Position numbers and translations under genes: made by a program
Shown: piece after piece, positions 1 through 7,154 of the stretch
Numbering within the stretch: position 1 is the stretch's first letter
Layout of the letters: every line of letters starts with the position of its first letter
IMG/VR virus record: IMGVR_UViG_3300046786_000284
Span: 1 to 55,677 of that record
Source: a virus
Taxonomy: Duplodnaviria; Caudoviricetes
Strand: one strand, 5' to 3'
DNA: 55,677 nucleotides
The notes under the pieces: generated by a model
Databases searched by the model: none
Seen by the model: only the letters and a program-made list of their open reading frames with translations
Told to the model about the DNA's origin: nothing

Positions 1-1176
1 CCCAGTACTACTCCTGGACCTGCAAGTACTACCGGAACATCTAAGCCTGGAATGACTTCGGCGCAACAAGCCGCATCACAAGCACGTGGTCAACGTGAAA
101 CAAATCAAAACTTGAATAATTACGTTCAAGGTGCTGCCAAAGCTTTAAACACTGCAACAGACAAGAATCAAAAAATTCAATTGACTAAAGAACTAGTCAA
201 TTACATGGCTGACCGCAAAGATTATCCTGAGTGGGGCAACGCTGTAGCTACTGTACAACAAGTAATTAAGAAGGGCGGAACTGATCCTAACTTTGCAAAT
301 GCCGCTCTTGCTAAATTGAAGTCAGGTCAGACAATGGCTGAATCATGGCAAATGTATTGGATCAATAAGCTTTTAGAAGCAGTTGATTTAACATGGGGTG
401 ACTTAGGCCTAACAGTTCTAAAAGAATCTAAAGGTACAAAGTTCAAGATTGTTGAGACCAAATACTACAAGCTAAACAAAATCTTTGAAAGCATGATGTA
501 TGAAGCTGAAGCTGAAAGCATCCAAAGCTGGTTTAAGCGTTGGTTAGCTCAGTATATGAAGGGTGTAGATTTATCTGATCCTAAGACTGCGGCGCAAATC
601 GACCAGTACATCAACGCTATTCAACAATCATACAAGAAAGATAAGGGTAAGGCTGCATTAAATCAATTAGCCAATGCCGCATTCTCATTATCATATAGTA
701 ATAAAGGCACACCTGGTACTGCAGGAGCAGCCGCAGCCAATACACAACCTGCTGCCGCAGACACTGGATCGAATGGTGGTCCGCTAGCAAGATTAACAGG
801 CGGTGGCAATACAACAGGTTCAACTGAGCCATCAGCTACTGGTGCAGTCGAACCATCAACTGCAACAACACCAGCAAAAGCAGATGCTACTGCACCTGCT
901 CCGCAAGGACAGACTACTGGTGGAAATCAAAATGCAAATCAGTTGATTACTGTAGCGAAGAATGCATTGCAGAAACTACAAAAGGTTGACCCGGCTGCAT
1001 ACTCTGCATTTATCAAAGAGTTAACTGGTCAAAAGGCTCCAGCTGGAGTACCGACAGACAAGCCTAAAGCAGAATTTGATGCCCCTCCTAAGCCAACTAC
1101 AGCACCTTCAACTACACCAGCTGGCGCAACTGTGACAGCGGAAAGCAGAAAAGCTAAACCATTTAAGAAATGGTAA
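1..1176 (+). CDS. Hypothetical Ala/Thr/Pro-rich protein, 5'-truncated; probable internal head protein
   Basis: Frame is open from base 1 (PSTTPGPASTTGTSKPG-M), so the true start is upstream of the window. Low-complexity linkers and many hydrophobic-x-Glu motifs (MAES, LLEA, LKES, IFES, TAES). Confidence 0.6.
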   Translation, partial: PSTTPGPASTTGTSKPGMTSAQQAASQARGQRETNQNLNNYVQGAAKALNTATDKNQKIQLTKELVNYMADRKDYPEWGNAVATVQQVIKKGGTDPNFANAALAKLKSGQTMAESWQMYWINKLLEAVDLTWGDLGLTVLKESKGTKFKIVETKYYKLNKIFESMMYEAEAESIQSWFKRWLAQYMKGVDLSDPKTAAQIDQYINAIQQSYKKDKGKAALNQLANAAFSLSYSNKGTPGTAGAAAANTQPAAADTGSNGGPLARLTGGGNTTGSTEPSATGAVEPSTATTPAKADATAPAPQGQTTGGNQNANQLITVAKNALQKLQKVDPAAYSAFIKELTGQKAPAGVPTDKPKAEFDAPPKPTTAPSTTPAGATVTAESRKAKPFKKW

Positions 1177-1178
1177 TT

Positions 1179-2378
1179 ATGAATCTATCTGAATCATTAT
1201 CATCATTAAAGCAAAAGCTTGATAAGATTGATGTAATAACAGAAGCGAAGGGTCACTTAGACCACCCTGAAGATTTGATCTTTTTAGATGGATCATTGGG
1301 TGGTAATCGTGCTATTCAAGCTTCAATTGATACAATTAAGAACCCAAGCACTGTTACTATCAAATGGGACGGATATCCTGCATTGATTTTTGGTCGTGGT
1401 ACTAACGGTAAGTTCAGTATCATGGACAAGCATATGTTCAATAAGAAAGACGGAACAGGTCGTAATGTATACAGTCCTGAAATGTTTGTTCAATATGACC
1501 AAGCACGAGGTGTAGACCGTTCAGGATTACATTCATTAATACAAGAAATATGGCCGGGTCTAGAAAAAGCAGACAAAAGTAAAGGCTACTATTGGGGAGA
1601 CTTACTGTTTAGTCAACCTTTAGAAGCACAACATGGTGTCTATACATTCAGAGCTAACCCAAACGGTATAACATATACTGTAGAAGTTGACAGCGATGTT
1701 GGTAAATTCTTAACCGGCAAAACAGCTGGTATAGTAGTGCACCAATTCATTCCGCCTACTGCGGCAACTACTGATGAAGCAACCCCGTTACCGGGTACAA
1801 TAGGTTCATTAAAGAACAATAGCAATGTTGCTATCGTTCCTGCAAAGATGCCAATCACCCCTAAACTTAAAGCTAACCCTGATTTAATTCGTGCGGCAAA
1901 ACAAAGTGTAAGAGCGAACGGAAAGAAGATTGATGAATTCTTTAGTAAAGCTCCTCAAGCTAAAGGTCCGTTCATAATGTTGTTCACAACATATATTAAC
2001 AAAAGAATTGTTTCTGGAAATCTGAATGACTTAGTTGATGGTTTCTTAGCGTACATTGCTACAAGACCCATGTCAGAAGCAATGAAGGGTAAATTACTAG
2101 GTTATAACACAGTCGATCCTAAGACTAACAAAGAAGTACATACTCCTGGTTACTTAGACGGAAACAAGTCTACACTTACAGCATTGTTTCAAACTTGGAT
2201 AGACCTGTATAACTTAAAGATGAACATCGTAGAGCAACTAAACAAGGCTGCTGAAACTAGTCCTGTTAAAGGATTCTTGCAAGATGGAACACAGACTCAA
2301 GAGGGATTTGTTTCTAATGGCTTGAAGTTTGTAGATAGAATGGGCTTTAGTCGTCAAAACTTAGCCGGACAACGTTGA
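1179..2378 (+). CDS. Conserved T4-like phage protein (DUF6267-like) with ligase/capping-type nucleotidyltransferase motifs
   Basis: HLDHPED, TIKWDG (motif I KxDG-like), WGDLLF, QEGFV (motif IV-like) and LKFVDR (motif V-like). Likely start is the ATG at 1179, just after the upstream stop. Confidence 0.6.
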   Translation: MNLSESLSSLKQKLDKIDVITEAKGHLDHPEDLIFLDGSLGGNRAIQASIDTIKNPSTVTIKWDGYPALIFGRGTNGKFSIMDKHMFNKKDGTGRNVYSPEMFVQYDQARGVDRSGLHSLIQEIWPGLEKADKSKGYYWGDLLFSQPLEAQHGVYTFRANPNGITYTVEVDSDVGKFLTGKTAGIVVHQFIPPTAATTDEATPLPGTIGSLKNNSNVAIVPAKMPITPKLKANPDLIRAAKQSVRANGKKIDEFFSKAPQAKGPFIMLFTTYINKRIVSGNLNDLVDGFLAYIATRPMSEAMKGKLLGYNTVDPKTNKEVHTPGYLDGNKSTLTALFQTWIDLYNLKMNIVEQLNKAAETSPVKGFLQDGTQTQEGFVSNGLKFVDRMGFSRQNLAGQR

Positions 2379-2414
2379 TTTTAGTACCCAAAACCAGTAT
2401 TTTTTTATACCAGG

Positions 2415-2422
2415 CATAAATA
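2415..2422 (+). promoter_or_regulatory. T4-late-like promoter (CATAAATA)
   Basis: Matches the xATAAATA box that recurs upstream of structural genes. Followed by a TGAATC/GATTCA hairpin and an AAAGGA SD. Confidence 0.55.
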
Positions 2423-2467
2423 TATACATGAATCTATATGATTCAAACTATTTAAAGGAATATTAAA

Positions 2468-2833
2468 ATGGCACAATTTACACGTGTAAACGGCGACTAT
2501 CTACCGTTGATTAACTATGATGCAGACTCATACACAAACTCTGGCGTTAACGCAGTTACTTCCGCAGTTACTGTTCAACCTCAAGGTCCTAAGTTAGACT
2601 TCTTCACTATCGAATTCACTGGCGCTGTAACTACAACTCAGTTCAACACAGCTATCCAAACAATTCAACAATTAGCTACAATTTATTTGTATGAGTACAC
2701 AGATACAACTGACGACACATTAGCAATTGCTGTGTATCCAGTTGGTGCTTGGACAACTACAACTCTTGACACTGCTTTGACAGCGGCTGTTGAGGCTGTA
2801 ACTGTTACAGCTTCTGCTACATTCACTGGTTAA
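2468..2833 (+). CDS. Small Thr/Ala-rich putative virion protein
   Basis: Strong SD (AAAGGAA), late box upstream, own terminator downstream. Confidence 0.55.
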   Translation: MAQFTRVNGDYLPLINYDADSYTNSGVNAVTSAVTVQPQGPKLDFFTIEFTGAVTTTQFNTAIQTIQQLATIYLYEYTDTTDDTLAIAVYPVGAWTTTTLDTALTAAVEAVTVTASATFTG

Positions 2834-2851
2834 TTTTAACTTAATCAAAAC

Positions 2852-2879
2852 AACCCGAGATTTATTCTCGGGTTTTTTT
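2852..2879 (+). terminator. Rho-independent terminator
   Basis: AACCCGAGA-TTTAT-TCTCGGGTT followed by a T tract. Confidence 0.85.
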
Positions 2880-2893
2880 ACCTCTCTAAATAG

Positions 2894-3355
2894 ATGATGA
2901 GTTTTAAATTGGCATGCTATACATTGTTTGATATTACCCCTACCGGTGTAATGAACAGGCATAAGCCTAGTCCTGACGAGAATATGGATGCATGGCTGCA
3001 CAAACGAAATACCCAATGCAATTTTGACACCATTGTGCAAGCAATCTCACTAAGATCACAACCCGATATAACTAACCCCGTGACTAAAACATTAATACGT
3101 TTTGACGAGTTTACTGACTTTGGATTTTTATTTGAACAACAAGATGATGAGACTTATCCATGTTGGGCGTTTGAATTTGATATTCAACATGCTAGTGTAT
3201 TCAATGACGGCATCACTGATTTGGGAGCATTGTATACTGATTGCGATGGGGTTCCTATGATTAAGTGCGATACTGAGTGGGATAAATTGCCTGCATTTTT
3301 AGATACTAGCTCAGAATTGCGTAACATATATTTTAAGGTAATATCAAATGATTGA
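2894..3355 (+). CDS. Hypothetical protein
   Basis: 153-aa ORF directly after a CTAAATA box; start may be the second ATG (2897). Confidence 0.7.
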   Translation: MMSFKLACYTLFDITPTGVMNRHKPSPDENMDAWLHKRNTQCNFDTIVQAISLRSQPDITNPVTKTLIRFDEFTDFGFLFEQQDDETYPCWAFEFDIQHASVFNDGITDLGALYTDCDGVPMIKCDTEWDKLPAFLDTSSELRNIYFKVISND

Positions 3356-3821
3356 TAATCGAACACTAGAGAAGATAGAAAAGTTCATTCCTAAATCATA
3401 CATAAAAGATTTAGAAGATGTTATTGTTTATCAAAATGAAGACGGATCATATGAGTTATTCAATAAATACAAGATAGAGAAATCGTCTGAGAACGAATAC
3501 AACGTATATGTATGGGGTATTAGCAGTCTGACATTTTACTCATTGAAGAACGCAGTCACTTGGTGTACATATGATAAGAGAAACAACGTACTAGACTCAG
3601 ATAGGATACATCATTTAGATTCAGGATTAGTCAGAATTGAAGCGATGATAGAACAACATCAGCGTCTAGTTAAAAAAGCTAATAATCCGGAGTCTAGATT
3701 GATTTATCTAGCTAAATTAACTGAAGAAAAACTCCAAAAAAAGCAAATGATTTCAGAAATGAGCACATATATTAATCAGTCTAAGCTTTGGCAAACGCAA
3801 AGATTTAACAGAAAACCCTAA
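3348..3821 (+). CDS. Hypothetical protein
   Basis: 157-aa ORF overlapping the upstream stop; coiled-coil-like C-terminus. Confidence 0.7.
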   Translation: MIDNRTLEKIEKFIPKSYIKDLEDVIVYQNEDGSYELFNKYKIEKSSENEYNVYVWGISSLTFYSLKNAVTWCTYDKRNNVLDSDRIHHLDSGLVRIEAMIEQHQRLVKKANNPESRLIYLAKLTEEKLQKKQMISEMSTYINQSKLWQTQRFNRKP

Positions 3822-3868
3822 CAATAATACAAAAAAGATAAATACTACATATTAGTCTGGAACAAACT

Positions 3869-4585
3869 ATGAAATTAAACGAACTTGATAACAACCCCAT
3901 TTTAAATGCTCAGAAAGCTTTAAGAGAACAATACGAACAACCCTTCAAGGTTGAAGGTATGACAATGTCCTCTACTAGAAACATGCTACAGAAAGTACGC
4001 GGATTGATTAGTGAAACTAAACAAGCCCCTGATTTCTACAGAAAGCAAACAAGCCCTGCGTACATGAAAATGGTTTTTATGGAGCAAGCATTGGTACATC
4101 ATTTTAATGATTTACGCAATAGACCACAACCTCGCATCGTATTTGAAAACGAAGAAGTTGAAAAGTCACAAGTTGTTCTTGCGGCTCAAGACTTAGTTGA
4201 TTCAGTACAAAAGATGCTTGAACAAGTAGGTCAGATGCAAGTCAAAGAACTACCTGCTCTAGTGTCTAGCATTGAATCTGAAATCGGTGTCAATGAAGCA
4301 CAGCAATATGACCAAGAAGTAACACAAGCACTTGATGGATTAAGCGCAGCCTTGAAGGAAGCGTTTGGTGGATTGAAGACTGCATTGGGTACAGTAACTG
4401 GTCAAGGTGGTGGAGACTTTGGTGTCGGCGCTCCTGATGCTGGATTAGATGCAACTGTAGCAGATGCAGGTATGGATGCTATGGCTGGTGCTGAAGCTAT
4501 TCCAGCAGATGTAGGTGCAGAGCCTATGCCAGCAGAAGAGCCTGAACCAGAACCAGTTGCAGGCGCAGGCAGAGCAAAGCGTTAA
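3869..4585 (+). CDS. Hypothetical helical protein with acidic tail; possible prohead core/internal protein
   Basis: GATAAATA at 3837-3844; N-terminus MKLNE; acidic Pro/Ala/Glu tail. Confidence 0.55.
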   Translation: MKLNELDNNPILNAQKALREQYEQPFKVEGMTMSSTRNMLQKVRGLISETKQAPDFYRKQTSPAYMKMVFMEQALVHHFNDLRNRPQPRIVFENEEVEKSQVVLAAQDLVDSVQKMLEQVGQMQVKELPALVSSIESEIGVNEAQQYDQEVTQALDGLSAALKEAFGGLKTALGTVTGQGGGDFGVGAPDAGLDATVADAGMDAMAGAEAIPADVGAEPMPAEEPEPEPVAGAGRAKR

Positions 4586-4588
4586 TCA

Positions 4589-4909
4589 ATGCGCTTATTT
4601 GAGTTAGACGGTCCTGATCCTCTGCTTACAAAAATTGTAACAGTTAGCGATCAACTAAAGTCTTTGGTGGATAAAGGTTCCGCCAAAGACTGGACTCTTG
4701 ACCAACTCATTTCTTACTTTCAAAAGTATGATGTCTCCCTTGATAAAAAAGACATGTACAGCATGATTAAGAAGCCACCATTAAAAGATGTTATTAGTAA
4801 CATTCAAGGTGACAAGGTTATATTTAAAGGCTCTGAACCTGAAGCATCTCCTGATACAGATACTAATCAGAATGTAGTAAGTCAAATGGCTCACAACGCA
4901 ATGAAGTAA
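4589..4909 (+). CDS. Hypothetical protein
   Basis: 106-aa ORF with N-terminus MRLFE; TAATG overlap with the next gene. Confidence 0.65.
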   Translation: MRLFELDGPDPLLTKIVTVSDQLKSLVDKGSAKDWTLDQLISYFQKYDVSLDKKDMYSMIKKPPLKDVISNIQGDKVIFKGSEPEASPDTDTNQNVVSQMAHNAMK

Positions 4910-5229
4910 TGATTACTCTTACTGATAAAGCAAACAAAAAAGTACAACAAACAATTGCCAAGCGTGGCAAAGGCATAGGAATCAGAATAGGCGTCAAAAC
5001 GACAGGCTGTTCTGGTTTAGCCTATGTGCTAGAGTATGTTGACAATCCCAATCCCGAAGATATTCGTATAGACTGTGAAGGCTGTAGTTTATTTGTAGAC
5101 CCTAAAAGCTGTGCATATATACAGAACATGACTATTGATTATGTTCGTAACGGATTGAATGAAGGTTTTGAGTTCAGTAATCCAAACGAACGTGATAGAT
5201 GTGGTTGTGGAGAAAGTTTTAGAGTATAA
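4909..5229 (+). CDS. iscA: Fe-S cluster assembly A-type carrier IscA (HesB family)
   Basis: GVKTTGCSGLAY and C-terminal CGCGESF signatures. Confidence 0.95.
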   Translation: MITLTDKANKKVQQTIAKRGKGIGIRIGVKTTGCSGLAYVLEYVDNPNPEDIRIDCEGCSLFVDPKSCAYIQNMTIDYVRNGLNEGFEFSNPNERDRCGCGESFRV

Positions 5230-5603
5230 TGGCTTATTCAGAAAAAGTTGTAGATCACTATGAGAATCCACGAAATGTGGGTAAGTTTGAAATAGATGAT
5301 ACCATTGGTACAGGTATGGTTGGTGCCCCTGCATGTGGGGACGTAATGAAATTACAAATAAAAGTAGAAGATGGAGTAATAACAGATGCCAGATTCAAAA
5401 CATACGGCTGTGGATCAGCCATTGCAAGCAGTAGCCTCGTCACAGAATGGGTCAAAGGAAAAACGCTTGACCAAGCACGAGAAATTACTAATAGCACAAT
5501 TGCTGAAGAACTTGCCCTCCCACCGGTTAAAATACATTGTAGCATACTTGCAGAAGATGCTATAAAAGCCGCAGTCGATGATTATAGAAAAAAACACGAA
5601 TGA
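5229..5603 (+). CDS. iscU: Fe-S cluster scaffold IscU
   Basis: YSEKVVDHYENPRNVG, GAPACGDVM, FKTYGCGSAIASSS, LPPVKIHCS (HscA-binding LPPVK). Confidence 0.97.
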   Translation: MAYSEKVVDHYENPRNVGKFEIDDTIGTGMVGAPACGDVMKLQIKVEDGVITDARFKTYGCGSAIASSSLVTEWVKGKTLDQAREITNSTIAEELALPPVKIHCSILAEDAIKAAVDDYRKKHE

Positions 5604-6367
5604 CAAGTATTACTCACTTGGTAGTCAATGGTTGTAGCTGGACCTATTGCCAAGGTCTAGAAAATCCAGCAAGAGATGGTTGGCCGGCACTGCTAGCAAA
5701 AAAGTTAGGTGTGCAAGTTGTTAACTTAGCGGTAAGAGGTTGTGGTAACGACAGTATTGCTAGAAGAACACATGAGTATGTGTATGAGAATCTTCCTACT
5801 AACAGCAAACCTTTATTCATTATAGCATGGAGCCAATATTGGAGACGAGAAGCATGGCAAAACGAATTTTTAGGTTGTGATAATTATAATGACTACGCAC
5901 CAGTTAGCTTCCCAGATGGCAATCCGCAAAACAACATAGAACGTGCTATGCTAGATAATTGGAGTTATCTAGATTTCTATAGAAGAACATACTTGTATAA
6001 GTTATCTCTAATGAACTTGTTCAAATCACATGATATAACTTATCTAATGACAGATTACGCATCAACACCTCATGAGGATAAAGAAACTGTCCGTAAGATA
6101 CACCGTAGATTCCCCAATATGGTTAATACATGTGTTAATAACCCTAATAATATTAAACCGTTTCATCAGATAACAACAAACTTTAAACCATTACCGTGCG
6201 GTCATGATGATTTGGAAGCACAAGTGGCATTAGCAGATTATACATACAGTGAACTCATTAGACGATATGATAGGCCTAAGGTAATAAGAGGGGAATATTT
6301 AACCCTAAAAAACTTTACGCTATCAGAAAACCCTGATACACGAGACAATCAAACAGATTGGCGTTAA
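5600..6367 (+). CDS. SGNH/GDSL-hydrolase-like protein
   Basis: VVNGCSWT (GDS-like block I), NLAxxGCGND (block II-like) and a C-terminal PCGH histidine. Confidence 0.5.
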   Translation: MTSITHLVVNGCSWTYCQGLENPARDGWPALLAKKLGVQVVNLAVRGCGNDSIARRTHEYVYENLPTNSKPLFIIAWSQYWRREAWQNEFLGCDNYNDYAPVSFPDGNPQNNIERAMLDNWSYLDFYRRTYLYKLSLMNLFKSHDITYLMTDYASTPHEDKETVRKIHRRFPNMVNTCVNNPNNIKPFHQITTNFKPLPCGHDDLEAQVALADYTYSELIRRYDRPKVIRGEYLTLKNFTLSENPDTRDNQTDWR

Positions 6368-6376
6368 CCATAATGT

Positions 6377-6405
6377 TTGTAATGTGCATAATTTAGTGTT
6401 ATAAT
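6377..6405 (+). promoter_or_regulatory. sigma70-type promoter, apparently leaderless
   Basis: TTGTAA-N17-TATAAT with extended -10 TG; ATG lies 6 nt after the -10 box with no SD. Confidence 0.7.
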
Positions 6406-6411
6406 TAGTAT

Positions 6412-7098
6412 ATGTACATACCAGACAAATATAACTATGTTCCTATGTCTAGGGTTGAGATAGATGGTAAACGCCGCTATGCTACACCCGATGGCGAGAA
6501 ACTCCCAAGCGTCACTACTATTTTAGATGCAACTAAATCAGAAGAATCAAAGCAAGCATTACAGAACTGGCGCAACCGCGTAGGACATGTTAAGGCACAA
6601 GCAATTACTACTGAAGCCGCAGGTCGTGGAACACGAATGCATAAGTGGTTAGAAAACTACATTAAAACAGGAGAAACAGGTGAGCCCGGAAGCAATCCAT
6701 ATAGCAAGCAAAGCCATCAAATGGCACACTCTATCATCACTCAAGGACTCGTTAATTGCACCGAATACTGGGGCACAGAAGTTCCTCTCTATTTTCCTAA
6801 AGTATATGCCGGAACAACTGACTTGGTTGGCGTTCACAGTGGTAGCCCAGCTATCATGGATCACAAACAAGCTAACAAGCTAAAAAAGCGTGAATGGATT
6901 GATGACTACTTTGTTCAGTTAGCAGCCTACGCTAATGCACACAATGAAGTACACGGCACTGACATTCGTAAGGGTGTTATTTTCATGTGTACTCAAGACA
7001 ATATCTATCAAGAATTCATCATCGAGGGTAGTGAATTTGAAAAATACTCTGATATGTGGTTCAAACGTGTAGAACAATACTACTTACAGTTCATCTAA
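6412..7098 (+). CDS. PD-(D/E)XK (RecB-like) exonuclease
   Basis: LPSVTTIL, RGTRMH, EVPLY, YAGTTDLV, IMDHK, QLAAYA. Confidence 0.85.
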   Translation: MYIPDKYNYVPMSRVEIDGKRRYATPDGEKLPSVTTILDATKSEESKQALQNWRNRVGHVKAQAITTEAAGRGTRMHKWLENYIKTGETGEPGSNPYSKQSHQMAHSIITQGLVNCTEYWGTEVPLYFPKVYAGTTDLVGVHSGSPAIMDHKQANKLKKREWIDDYFVQLAAYANAHNEVHGTDIRKGVIFMCTQDNIYQEFIIEGSEFEKYSDMWFKRVEQYYLQFI

Positions 7099-7116
7099 CG
7101 TATTGGTCGGGATTAT

Positions 7117-7154
7117 GATAAATAAGTGTAAATCTTTTAAAGAATACACTTATG
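7117..7154 (+). promoter_or_regulatory. Late promoter overlapping a hairpin that covers the start codon
   Basis: GATAAATA at 7117-7124; ATAAGTGTA (7122-7130) is complementary to TACACTTAT (7145-7153), which includes the AT of the ATG. Confidence 0.6.

Noticed and set aside
4909-5603. Bacterial chromosomal or prophage-flanking DNA
   Set aside because: Host-like genes are single, interspersed among and overlapping phage genes, with the same AT-rich codon style; no integrase or att-like junction is seen.
6412-7098. Cas4 or CRISPR-associated nuclease, possibly client of the neighbouring IscA/IscU
   Set aside because: It lacks the four-Cys Fe-S motif of Cas4, and no repeat-spacer array or other cas gene is visible. 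It is better called a generic PD-(D/E)XK exonuclease.
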